Assembly: GCA_037190965.1 (NCBI GenBank)
Contig: JBBCKI010000017.1
Span: 1-27,113 of the forward strand
DNA from: Chthoniobacteraceae bacterium
GTDB lineage: Bacteria > Verrucomicrobiota > Verrucomicrobiia > Chthoniobacterales > Chthoniobacteraceae
DNA: 27,113 nucleotides
Reading direction: 5' to 3'
The translations under genes and the position numbers were made by a program. Shown one piece after another: positions 8,266 through 16,909 of this stretch (positions are counted from its first letter, which is position 1; every line of letters begins with the position of its first letter). The notes beneath the pieces are model-generated. The model did no database searches, was not told the origin of the DNA, and saw only the letters and a program-made list of their open reading frames with translations.

Positions 8266-9519
8266 CTACTCCAGGCTCTTGCACAATTCCGCTCGTTCCA
8301 ACATCAGTTTTCGGGTCAATAACCGAAGCACGGTGATCCCTCCCACTCCGCAGGTGGCCATCACGGCGGTCATGGGAGCCGCCGTTCCGTTTTTGAGCAG
8401 CCCGACCGTTGCTCCCGCCACGCCGCCGACCAGAAATTGGGACGCGCCGAGCAGCGAAGATGCGCTCCCGGCAAAAGCGCCGTAGCGGGCCAGTGCCGCC
8501 GCCGCGAGGTTCGGGTAGGCCAGTCCGATGCTGGAGAGGCAGCAAAAGAGCAAAGCGGCCATGGCAGGGAGGCCGCCCCACCCCGTGAGGCCGCAAATGG
8601 CAAGGCCGCAGGCGGTCAACGCATTGCCGGACAGGGCCGCGGCGAGGATTTTTTCCGGAGAATAACGGCGGAGCAGAAGCCGATTGACCTGCGACGCCGC
8701 GATTAGCCCCAAGGCGTTGGCGCCGAACAAAAAGCCGTAGTGCTGTACCGACACGCCGTAAATCTTGATGAAGACCAGCGGCGATCCGGCAATGTAGGCA
8801 AACATGGTCCCGGAATTGAAACCTGCGGCCAGAACGTAGCCGAGGAAAGATCGATCCGAAAGCAATCGCCGGAAGTTGTGAAGCACAATGCCCGTCCCGC
8901 CGTTCACCCGGCGTTCCATCGGCAAAGTTTCGGGAAAGATCCATGCGGCTGCCAGCAGGCAGGCAAGGCCGAAGAGGGAGAGCAGCAGGAAAATTCCCCG
9001 CCAGCTCCCGAAAGCGAGCAACTGCCCTCCCATCCACGGCGCGAGAATCGGCGCGACTCCCATCACCAGCATCAGTTGCGAGAAGGCGCGTGCGGATTGC
9101 TGTTCGCCCAGCAGATCGCGCACCGCCGCCCGGGCGATGACGACTCCCGCCGCACCGCCCAACCCCTGCAACAGGCGGGCTCCGGCCAGCCACTCCATGG
9201 AACGCGCCGAGGCGCAACCCAGCGCGCCGAAAATGAAGATGGCGCACCCGATCATCAGCGGCCGCCGCCGTCCGAAGCGATCGGAGAGCGGCCCGTAAAG
9301 GATTTGGCAGATCCCCATGCTCAAGAGAAACGCCGCAAGCGTTGTCTCAACGGTCGCCACCGCACCCGCGCCGAGGTCCGAGGTGATCTGCGGAAACGCG
9401 GGCAGATACATGTCGATGGAGAGCGGCCCAAACGCCGTCAAAGCGGCCAGCAGGATGAGAATCTTGCGGTTCATCGACGCGGCGGTTCCCACGTCGGGCG
9501 TGGGCGAAAGCAAATTCAT
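8266..9519 (-). CDS. Bcr/CflA-family multidrug efflux MFS transporter
   Basis: LTAFGPLSIDMYLPAFP, GPLSDRFGRR (MFS motif A), MGVAPILAPWMGG and many TM helices. Start uncertain (9519 or 9474). Confidence 0.92.
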   Translation of the reverse strand: MNLLSPTPDVGTAASMNRKILILLAALTAFGPLSIDMYLPAFPQITSDLGAGAVATVETTLAAFLLSMGICQILYGPLSDRFGRRRPLMIGCAIFIFGALGCASARSMEWLAGARLLQGLGGAAGVVIARAAVRDLLGEQQSARAFSQLMLVMGVAPILAPWMGGQLLAFGSWRGIFLLLSLFGLACLLAAAWIFPETLPMERRVNGGTGIVLHNFRRLLSDRSFLGYVLAAGFNSGTMFAYIAGSPLVFIKIYGVSVQHYGFLFGANALGLIAASQVNRLLLRRYSPEKILAAALSGNALTACGLAICGLTGWGGLPAMAALLFCCLSSIGLAYPNLAAAALARYGAFAGSASSLLGASQFLVGGVAGATVGLLKNGTAAPMTAVMATCGVGGITVLRLLTRKLMLERAELCKSLE

Positions 9520-9687
9520 TCGCAACCATTCCATGATTCGCCGCCCGGCGCGATCTATAAAAAACGATCATCGACGCGGCGGCCAACTCGTGAACCGCCC
9601 CTTGGTGATTCAGTCCGGGAGCGGGGCGGCAGGATTGGAAAAATTGCATTCAAATGCTTGAGCGGCGGCTCCTATGGGTACTATTGA

Positions 9688-10920
9688 ATGAGGATGATCA
9701 AATGGTATACATTCGCCCCGCGTGCTTTTGAGGCGAACGAATCTTTTTTTTGGAGAGATTCGGGATTGCTTTGCAGAGGGCTGCAAACTTTGGGCTACGA
9801 AAGTAAAGTCATTTTGGCCGCGCCCGCGCCCACAAATGATCCTTCGGATGTGATTCGGGGGGATTTGCGAGATCTGGAATCCTCTGAATGGTGGAGGAGT
9901 CTCGGTCTTGATGGAGTGATAATGGTGGCTTGGGGGATGGGTCGCGATACCCCCATTGTCCGGGCAATTGCTGAAAGTGGCACCCGTCTCATCCTGCATA
10001 TTGATGGGAGTAACGTTCATTTTCCATTCTATCATCGGCGTGATACACTTAAGACTATATGGCGTTATCAGCATGACATGCCCTATGGGATCGTTCGGAA
10101 ATATTTCAAATTCCTTCATCAAGTTGCCAAGGACGTCGGCTATACTGTCTTAAAGAATAGCTTCGGGAAATATCGGCACTTGCGATACACGAACCTTCTT
10201 TCGTGCCAAACTCCCACTTCTGTTCAGGGAAATCTCAGGATTTGTGAATTATTTGGTGGAAAAGATCATGGCGTCAAAGTCCGCCTTTTCGGATACCCCA
10301 TCGCTAGTTCTTGCGAGTGGGATGAGAAGTTCAAGAAGGAGAAGCGGATTATTGCCATCGGCCGTTGGAACGATTTGCGCCAGAAGCGGCCATTCGTCTT
10401 GATGGCGGTCCTGCAAGGCATTGCCCGAAAACATCCGGATTTGAAAATCGATATCTTCGGAACGGAGAACGAAGCTTTCAAGCCTTGGTTCAATTCTTTG
10501 GACATTGCGCTCCAGAGAAATATCACCATTCATGGAGTTCAGCCCGGAGCCAGAGTCGCTGAAGTTTTGATGCGATCCCAGATTTCATTTTTCCCTTCTT
10601 CCGGTGAAGGAGGTCCTCAAGCGATGTTTGAAGGTCTGGCGTGTGGCGTGACAACGGTTTCGCTCGATTCGCCTCAATTGCCCGGCGCACGCTGGGCTGC
10701 CGATGCCGGGCATGCGGATTTGGCGGATTCTGACACGACTGATTCGTTCGTCGACGCACTGGACCGCGCGTTGCAGAAGTGGGAGCGGGGAGAATATTGC
10801 CCCCGGCAGATCAGCGAATTTTGGTTGCCTAAGACGCGGGTGGATCTCTTTCTGAAAGCAATGCTAGCATCCGCGACGGAGGATGTCGACCAGGGGTGTT
10901 CGGTTGTTCGATCAGCGTAG
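9688..10920 (+). CDS. GT-B (GT4-like) glycosyltransferase, paralogue A
   Basis: IIAIGRW...QKRP and FFPSSGEGGPQAMFEGLACG (E-X7-E motif). Confidence 0.85.
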   Translation: MRMIKWYTFAPRAFEANESFFWRDSGLLCRGLQTLGYESKVILAAPAPTNDPSDVIRGDLRDLESSEWWRSLGLDGVIMVAWGMGRDTPIVRAIAESGTRLILHIDGSNVHFPFYHRRDTLKTIWRYQHDMPYGIVRKYFKFLHQVAKDVGYTVLKNSFGKYRHLRYTNLLSCQTPTSVQGNLRICELFGGKDHGVKVRLFGYPIASSCEWDEKFKKEKRIIAIGRWNDLRQKRPFVLMAVLQGIARKHPDLKIDIFGTENEAFKPWFNSLDIALQRNITIHGVQPGARVAEVLMRSQISFFPSSGEGGPQAMFEGLACGVTTVSLDSPQLPGARWAADAGHADLADSDTTDSFVDALDRALQKWERGEYCPRQISEFWLPKTRVDLFLKAMLASATEDVDQGCSVVRSA

Positions 10921-11047
10921 CCGTATCAACGACCACCGCCAGCAAGGACGGCATGCCGATGTGCGGGCTCCGAGGGAAGTGATTCAAGGAGCGACCGCGC
11001 TCCAACAACCGGGTTGCATTCACCAGTGGCTGTGGACATGGTTGCCC

Positions 11048-12301
11048 ATGGCCAGATGGTACACATGCGCCCCCCTCCGCTTCGAAGCCAACGCGGCTTT
11101 CTTTTGGCGCGACTCGGGGCTGCTCTGCCGTGAACTCCAGAAGATGGGGCACGAGAGCCGCGTGGTGCTGCCCGGCCCCGCTTTCGATCACGAGCCGTCC
11201 GACGTCCTTCGCGGCTCTTTGGCGGAGTTGGAATCGCCGGAATGGTGGCGGCGTCTCAATCTCGATGGCGTGATCATGGTGGCCTGGGGGTGCCATCGCG
11301 ATACGCCGATTGTCCGGGCCATCGCCGAAAGTGGAGCCCGGGTGATTTTGCATATCGATGGGAACTGCACCCATTTTCCGCTCTACCACCGGCGCACAAG
11401 GCTGCAGGCGTTTTGGCGGACGGAGCACGACTTGCCGCATGGGCTCTTCAGGAAGGGGTTTTCCGTCTTGTTTCAGGCCGCCTGGGAGAGCGCTTTCCTG
11501 ATTCTCAAGCATAGTTATCTCAAATACCGGCACCTTCGCTATCTGACCCTCCTCTCCTGCCAGACGCCGACTTCGGTGGAAGGCAATCTCCGGCTCTGTC
11601 GTTTGTTCGGAGGCCGGAACCACGGGGTCGATGTCCGGCTGATGGGATATCCCATCCCGGGAAATTGCGAATGGGACGGCTCCGTCAAAAAAGAAAAACG
11701 GATCATCGCCATCGGCCGATGGGATGATCTGAGGATCAAGCGCCCCTATGTGCTGATGGCGGTTTGCGAAGCCATTGCCCGCAGTCATCCCGACCTGAAG
11801 ATCGATATTTTTGGGACCAAAATCGACGCCTTCGACCCGTGGTTCCAGTCTCTGGAGCCATCGCTTCAGGAGAACATTACCGTTCATGGATTCCAGCCGG
11901 GCGAAAAGGTGGCCGAGGTTCTTTTGCGATCCCAGGTGACGTTTTTCCCTTCCGCCAGCGAAGGCGGACCGCAGGCACTCTTCGAGGGGTTGAGTTGCGG
12001 GGCCACGACCGTCTCTCTGGATTCCCCTTACCTGCCCGGCTCGCGATGGGCTGCCGATGTCGGGCATGCGGATCTTGCGGATGCCGACACAACGGAGGCG
12101 TTTGTCGCCGCGCTCGACCGGGCATTGCGGAAGTGGGAGCGGGGAGAATATTGCCCCCGGCAGATCAGCGAATATTGGGTGCCGAGAACCCGGGTGGATC
12201 ACCTTCTCAAGGCCATGTTGGCGGTGGCAGGCGAAGAAGCCAGGCCGCCGCTCACCGCTGCCCCAGGACTTCCCGATAAATCTCCAGGTGCCTTTCGGTA
12301 A
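11048..12301 (+). CDS. GT-B (GT4-like) glycosyltransferase, paralogue B
   Basis: Colinear with paralogue A from MARWYTCAP (ATG 11048); FFPSASEGGPQALFEGLSCG. Confidence 0.85.
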   Translation: MARWYTCAPLRFEANAAFFWRDSGLLCRELQKMGHESRVVLPGPAFDHEPSDVLRGSLAELESPEWWRRLNLDGVIMVAWGCHRDTPIVRAIAESGARVILHIDGNCTHFPLYHRRTRLQAFWRTEHDLPHGLFRKGFSVLFQAAWESAFLILKHSYLKYRHLRYLTLLSCQTPTSVEGNLRLCRLFGGRNHGVDVRLMGYPIPGNCEWDGSVKKEKRIIAIGRWDDLRIKRPYVLMAVCEAIARSHPDLKIDIFGTKIDAFDPWFQSLEPSLQENITVHGFQPGEKVAEVLLRSQVTFFPSASEGGPQALFEGLSCGATTVSLDSPYLPGSRWAADVGHADLADADTTEAFVAALDRALRKWERGEYCPRQISEYWVPRTRVDHLLKAMLAVAGEEARPPLTAAPGLPDKSPGAFR

Positions 12302-13403
12302 TCACCTTGGGATGGTAACGGCGTTTGATTTCCGCCGCAGCCTCCGTCGGTTTCGGCGCTCCTTTTTTCAGCCATTCGATGATGCCTTTTTTTATCGGGG
12401 TAGTCTCCTCCGCGGGATGCAGTTCGGCCATTTCCACACCCGTCGCGATATCCACGACGCCGCCGACGGCTGCGCCGAAAAACTTGAGGTTGCGGGCCAG
12501 GGCTTCTGCCACCACGAGGCCGAACGATTCTTCCGCGGAGAAATGGATCATTGCGTCGACGCTGTCGAATAGCGCGATCAGCTCCTCGCATGATTTCGTT
12601 CCGAGATACGTTGCGTAACCCTTCTCCTCAGCCTCCCGGAGCTTCGCGAAGAAGGCTTTTCCATACTCCAGTTTGGCATCCGGGCCGACAAAGGCAAAGC
12701 GGACCTGATAGCCCTCCTTGTGAATCTCCTCCGCGATTTTGAGGACTTCCAACTGCCTCTTCAACGGGGTGATGGTGCCGACACAGACAATGGTGGGAAT
12801 GGCCGAGCCCTTCGGGCGTTCTGTCAGGGGCGTGTCAAAAAAGGGCATCCGCAACGGGTTGGGTACCCTCCATGTTTTTTTTGCCCTGGGCCGCACCAGC
12901 GATTCTGTGTAACCGGAGTTGCAAAGCACGCCCGCCGTCCGGCGAATCGCGAATGTTTCCAGACGCCCCGCGATCCAGTAAAAGCTCAAAGGGGGCGAGT
13001 TTTCCAATTCCGCGATTTTGGCCATGTTCCCATGAATCGTGAGAACGTTTGGATAGCCCGAAAAGACGGCATTCATGGCGCAATCCTTCTCGGCACCCTG
13101 CCCATGGACAATATCCGGGCCGATTTCCCGCAGCTTCTTCCTTACGGCGTGGATGGTTCCGATATAGGCCGTTCTCATCCAACCGATTTTTGGAACCACC
13201 AGGCCGTGAACCCAAATATTTCTCCCGATTTTTTCCGGAGTCTCGAACGGCTGCCGCAGGCAGGAAACCACGTGAATCTCCACCCCCTCTGCCGATTCGA
13301 ACCCTTGAAGCAGCGCCTCCGGAGCCGGATCAAAATGCGGCAGGGACATATCGCGCCGTTTCGGCCTCTCGCGATCGTCCAGGGTGAGCAGGGCGATTTT
13401 CAT
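12252..13403 (-). CDS. GT4 family glycosyltransferase
   Basis: PDIVHGQG, VLTIHG, VCVGTITPLKRQ and SAEESFGLVVAEALA (E-X7-E). 50-nt convergent overlap with paralogue B. Confidence 0.9.
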   Translation of the reverse strand: MKIALLTLDDRERPKRRDMSLPHFDPAPEALLQGFESAEGVEIHVVSCLRQPFETPEKIGRNIWVHGLVVPKIGWMRTAYIGTIHAVRKKLREIGPDIVHGQGAEKDCAMNAVFSGYPNVLTIHGNMAKIAELENSPPLSFYWIAGRLETFAIRRTAGVLCNSGYTESLVRPRAKKTWRVPNPLRMPFFDTPLTERPKGSAIPTIVCVGTITPLKRQLEVLKIAEEIHKEGYQVRFAFVGPDAKLEYGKAFFAKLREAEEKGYATYLGTKSCEELIALFDSVDAMIHFSAEESFGLVVAEALARNLKFFGAAVGGVVDIATGVEMAELHPAEETTPIKKGIIEWLKKGAPKPTEAAAEIKRRYHPKVITERHLEIYREVLGQR

Positions 13404-13436
13404 GGTTTACTAGTGTCCTGAGTCAGAAAAGTCTCT

Positions 13437-13587
13437 CTCGTTCCCAAACTCCTGTTTGGGAATGCCTGTGTCTTCGAAACTCCAGTTTCGCAACCTTGTC
13501 TGTTCTGGCACGCCGCACGAGATGACAAGGCTTTCGAATCAGAGATTCGGGGACAATGGCGTTACCAATCTGGAGATTGGTAACGAG
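13437..13587. repeat. Multi-hairpin palindromic intergenic element (REP/MITE-like), 151 bp
   Basis: Termini CTCGTT...AACGAG. Hairpins TTCCCAAAC-tcct-GTTTGGGAA, CGAAAC-tcca-GTTTCG, CCTTGTC...GACAAGG, CGAATC-aga-GATTCG and CGTTACCAATC-tgga-GATTGGTAACG. Confidence 0.85.
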
Positions 13588-13602
13588 GAAATCTAAACCT
13601 GA

Positions 13603-14568
13603 CTACGCCAACCCCTTGCACCGAGCGTCGAGCCACCACTGGTAGACACTGCGGATCCCTTCGTCGAGGGGGGTGCGCGCTTTCCAGCCGAGGCCGGTCA
13701 GTTTTGTGACATCCATCAGTTTGCGGGGCGTGCCGTCGGGCTTGGAGGAGTCCCAGACCAATTCACCCTCGAACCCGACGATGCCGCGAATCAATTCCGC
13801 AAGCTCCCGGATGGCGATGTCCTCTCCGCAGCCGACGTTGACGATCTCGGGATCGTCGTAGCGGTTGAGGAGGTAGACGCAGGCGTCGGCGAGGTCGTCC
13901 GAGTGGAGGAACTCACGGCGCGGCGAACCTGTGCCCCAGAGCGTGACCGTGCCTTCGCCGCGCTCTTTGGCGTCGTGGAACTTCCGGATCATCGCCGGGA
14001 GAACGTGCGAGCTTTGCAGGTCGAAGTTATCCTCCGGCCCGTAAAGGTTCGTTGGCATCGCGCTGATGAAACGTTTTCCGTACTCCTGGCTGTATGCCTG
14101 GCAGAGCTTGATGCCCGCGATCTTGGCGATGGCGTAGGCGTCGTTGGTCGGTTCCAGCGGGCCGGTAAGCAGGGCGCTTTCGGGAATCGGCTGGGGGGCC
14201 ATTTTGGGATAGATGCAGGAGCTCCCGAGGAAGAGGAGCTTCTCGACGCCCGCGTCATACGCGCCGCCGATAAGGTTGTCCTGAATCTGAAGGTTCTGCC
14301 GGAGGAATTCCACCGGCTGCGACTGGTTGGCGAGAATCCCCCCCACCCGCGCGGCGGCGACGATGACGTATTCCGGGCGTGTCTCCTCGTAAAGCCTGCG
14401 CACGGCGGCGGCATCCTGCAAATCGACTTCCCGCCGGGTGCGGAGGATGAGATTTTCGTACCCTTGAGCGCGAAGCGCCCGGACACAGGCAGAGCCGACC
14501 ATTCCGCGATGCCCGGCCACGAAAATGCGGGCATCGGGAGCCATCTGATTTGAGGATTTTTCGTTCAT
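13603..14568 (-). CDS. fcl: GDP-L-fucose synthase
   Basis: IFVAGHRGMVGSA, AAARVGGILAN, LLFLGSSCIYPK, YAIAKIAG, MPTNLYGP, WGTGSPRREFLH and KPDGTPRKL. Confidence 0.97.
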   Translation of the reverse strand: MNEKSSNQMAPDARIFVAGHRGMVGSACVRALRAQGYENLILRTRREVDLQDAAAVRRLYEETRPEYVIVAAARVGGILANQSQPVEFLRQNLQIQDNLIGGAYDAGVEKLLFLGSSCIYPKMAPQPIPESALLTGPLEPTNDAYAIAKIAGIKLCQAYSQEYGKRFISAMPTNLYGPEDNFDLQSSHVLPAMIRKFHDAKERGEGTVTLWGTGSPRREFLHSDDLADACVYLLNRYDDPEIVNVGCGEDIAIRELAELIRGIVGFEGELVWDSSKPDGTPRKLMDVTKLTGLGWKARTPLDEGIRSVYQWWLDARCKGLA

Positions 14569-14582
14569 CGTGATAATCCCGG

Positions 14583-15635
14583 TTATCCCTTGGCTTCTTT
14601 CTGAGCGAGGCAGAGATCGGCATCGGTCATGATCTGCACCAGTTGCTCAAACCGGACCGTCGGTTCCCAGCCGAGCTGCTTTTTGGCCTTGGCGTAGTCG
14701 CCGATAAGCAACTCCACCTCGGTGGGGCGGAAGTAGGCCGGAGCGATGCGGACCAAAACGCGCCCGGTTGATTTTTCGCGGCCTACTTCGTTGACTCCTT
14801 CGCCTTCAAAGACGAGCTCCATGTCGAGCCGCGCAAAGGTGTGCGCGATAAAATCCCGGACCGTGTTGGTCTCGTTGGTGGCGCAGACGTAATCATCGGG
14901 CGTGTCCTGCTGGAGAATGCGCCACATCGCCTCGGTGTAGTCGGGGGCGTAGCCCCAATCCCGCTTGGCGTCGATGTTGCCCATGACGAGGTCCTTCTGG
15001 AGCCCGAGCTTGATGCGTCCAGCGGCGCGGGTGATCTTGCGGGTTACGAACGTTTCGCCGCGCCGGGGAGATTCGTGGTTGAAGAGAATGCCGTTGGACG
15101 CATGGAGCCCGTAGGCTTCGCGGTAGTTTACCACGATCCAGTAGGCGTAAAGCTTGGCAACCGCATAGGGCGAACGCGGGTAGAAGGGGGTCTTCTCCGT
15201 TTGCGGGACTTCCTGCACCAGACCGTAAAGCTCGCTGGTGGAAGCCTGATAGAAGCGGGTCTTTTCCTTCAGCCCGACTTCCTTGATGGCGTCCAGAAAG
15301 CGGAGCGTCCCCATCCCGTCCACATCGGCGGTGTACTCGGGCACTTCAAAGGAGACCTTTACGTGGCTCTGCGCGCCGAGGTTGTAGATTTCATCCGGGG
15401 CGACCTTCTCCAGCATTCGGTTGAGATTGCTGGAGTCGGTCAAATCTCCGTAATGCAGGAACAGCCGTTCCCCGTAGATGGAGGAGTCATTGAAGAGATG
15501 GTCGATGCGGTCCGTGTTGAACGAGCTCGCCCGGCGGATCATACCGTGGACGGTGTATCCTTTTTCCAGAAGTTGCTCGGTAAGGTATGACCCGTCCTGA
15601 CCCGTGATCCCGGTGATAAGCGCTGATTTCGCCAT
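14583..15635 (-). CDS. gmd: GDP-mannose 4,6-dehydratase
   Basis: [54 protein letters not shown] and [21 protein letters not shown] at 15635. Confidence 0.98.
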   Translation of the reverse strand: MAKSALITGITGQDGSYLTEQLLEKGYTVHGMIRRASSFNTDRIDHLFNDSSIYGERLFLHYGDLTDSSNLNRMLEKVAPDEIYNLGAQSHVKVSFEVPEYTADVDGMGTLRFLDAIKEVGLKEKTRFYQASTSELYGLVQEVPQTEKTPFYPRSPYAVAKLYAYWIVVNYREAYGLHASNGILFNHESPRRGETFVTRKITRAAGRIKLGLQKDLVMGNIDAKRDWGYAPDYTEAMWRILQQDTPDDYVCATNETNTVRDFIAHTFARLDMELVFEGEGVNEVGREKSTGRVLVRIAPAYFRPTEVELLIGDYAKAKKQLGWEPTVRFEQLVQIMTDADLCLAQKEAKG

Positions 15636-15639
15636 AGAT

Positions 15640-15674
15640 AAAAAGAAAGCCGCCGGAGTCTGTCCCCGGCGGCT
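15640..15674 (-). terminator. Intrinsic terminator-like hairpin downstream of tal
   Basis: On the minus strand AGCCGCCGG-(9 nt)-CCGGCGGCT is followed by TTCTTTTT. Confidence 0.75.
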
Positions 15675-15720
15675 GATGATCTCAAATAGAAAACAAAGGT
15701 TGCCGCACTCTCTCTTCGCT

Positions 15721-16698
15721 TTAGAGCAGGCCTGCGATGAATTTCTCCAGCTTGACGATGTCCGCGGCGAACTTGCGGATGCCTTCGGCGGTTTTCTCCG
15801 TCGCCATCGCGTCTTCGTTGAAGAGATAGCGGAAGGTCTTTTCGTCGAGCGCGACCTTCTCGATGTCGAGCGTCGCGGCAACGGCGGGATCAAGCTTGCG
15901 CGTGATCGGCTCACCCGATTCCGCCAGCTTGGCGAGCAGGTCGGGGCTGATCGTCAGGAGGTCGCACCCGGCCAGTTCGATGATCTGGCCGACGTTGCGG
16001 AAGCTCGCGCCCATGACTTCCGTCTTGTAGCCAAACTTCTTGTAGTAATTGTAGATGGTCGTCACCGACTGGACGCCGGGATCTTCCGCGCCAACGTAGT
16101 CACGCTTTTCGGCGGCCTTGTACCAGTCATAGATGCGGCCCACGAAGGGGGAGATCAACTGGACTTTGGCTTCCGCGCAGGCAATCGCCTGAGCCAGCGA
16201 GAAAAGGAGCGTGAGGTTGCAGCGGATCCCTTCCTTTTCCAGCACCTCGGCGGCACGGATGCCTTCCCACGTGGAGGCGATCTTGATGAGCACGCGGTCG
16301 CGGGAAACCCCGGCGGCTTCGTAAAGGGCGATCAGGTGGCGCGCCTTTGCAATGGTCCCTTCGGTGTCGAAGGAGAGACGGGCATCCGTCTCGGTGGAGA
16401 CGCGGCCGGGCACGATCTTGAGGATTTCCTGTCCGAACGCTACCAGAACGTGGTCGATGACGTCTTCGACCTGCGCCGCGCCGGTCAGGCCGCTGTTCTT
16501 GCGGCTGGCGATCACCTGGTCGAGCAGATACCGGTACTCCGGTTTTTGGGTGGCCGCGAAAATGAGGCTCGGGTTGGTCGTGGCGTCCTGCGGGTGAAAG
16601 GCGCGGATCGACTCGAAATCCCCCGTGTCGGCAACAACGGTGGTGAATTGCTTGAGCTGGTCGAGTTGGGTGGCGGCTAGGACGGCGGAATCACTCAT
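15721..16698 (-). CDS. tal: Transaldolase (classical type)
   Basis: [62 protein letters not shown] and MGASFRN. Confidence 0.98.
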   Translation of the reverse strand: MSDSAVLAATQLDQLKQFTTVVADTGDFESIRAFHPQDATTNPSLIFAATQKPEYRYLLDQVIASRKNSGLTGAAQVEDVIDHVLVAFGQEILKIVPGRVSTETDARLSFDTEGTIAKARHLIALYEAAGVSRDRVLIKIASTWEGIRAAEVLEKEGIRCNLTLLFSLAQAIACAEAKVQLISPFVGRIYDWYKAAEKRDYVGAEDPGVQSVTTIYNYYKKFGYKTEVMGASFRNVGQIIELAGCDLLTISPDLLAKLAESGEPITRKLDPAVAATLDIEKVALDEKTFRYLFNEDAMATEKTAEGIRKFAADIVKLEKFIAGLL

Positions 16699-16807
16699 AA
16701 CGTAAAGTCGTAAAATCTCTGTATCTTGTAAACCTTAGTGTAATATCGGATTTTTGGGGCCCGGAGCAAGCGGGAACCCTAGGGTCCGTACCTAAACGTT
16801 CGAAAGA

Positions 16808-16900
16808 TTTCGCGCCAAGCGCGCCAAGCCCGCCAAGTTTTCGAAAAGCGGCCCTTGATAACTCTTTACTTGGCGATCTTAGCGGGCTTGGCGCGAGAAA
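16808..16900. repeat. Inverted repeat built from 9-bp periodic CGCCAAG units
   Basis: TCGCGCCAAG-CGCGCCAAG-CCCGCCAAGT ... ACTTGGCG-ATCTTAGCG-GGCTTGGCGCGA: three units on each arm, in inverted orientation. Confidence 0.8.
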
Positions 16901-16909
16901 ATCGATGCG

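Noticed and set aside
7769..9247. 492-aa minus-strand ORF and other long alternative-frame ORFs (e.g. 10829-12202, 15604-16680, 17735-18697, 18868-19965)
   Set aside because: They overlap well-supported genes, have no recognisable motifs, and are expected in GC-rich DNA.
9535..9630. GC-rich stems upstream of the MFS gene (possible riboswitch or attenuator)
   Set aside because: Only short pairings such as CCGCCCC/GGGGCGG; no recognisable aptamer consensus or U-tract.
10883..11047. Longer start for GT4 paralogue B
   Set aside because: Alignment with paralogue A begins at ATG 11048; the extension overlaps A and has no counterpart.
13437..13587. Possible CRISPR array or tRNA
   Set aside because: No identical direct repeats with regular unique spacers, no cas genes and no cloverleaf. 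The same applies to the other repeats in the window.
15636..15914. N-terminal extension of gmd overlapping tal (possible fusion or frameshift)
   Set aside because: Gmd homology starts at MAKSALITG. The extension is an off-frame reading of tal and crosses a terminator; no slippery site was seen.
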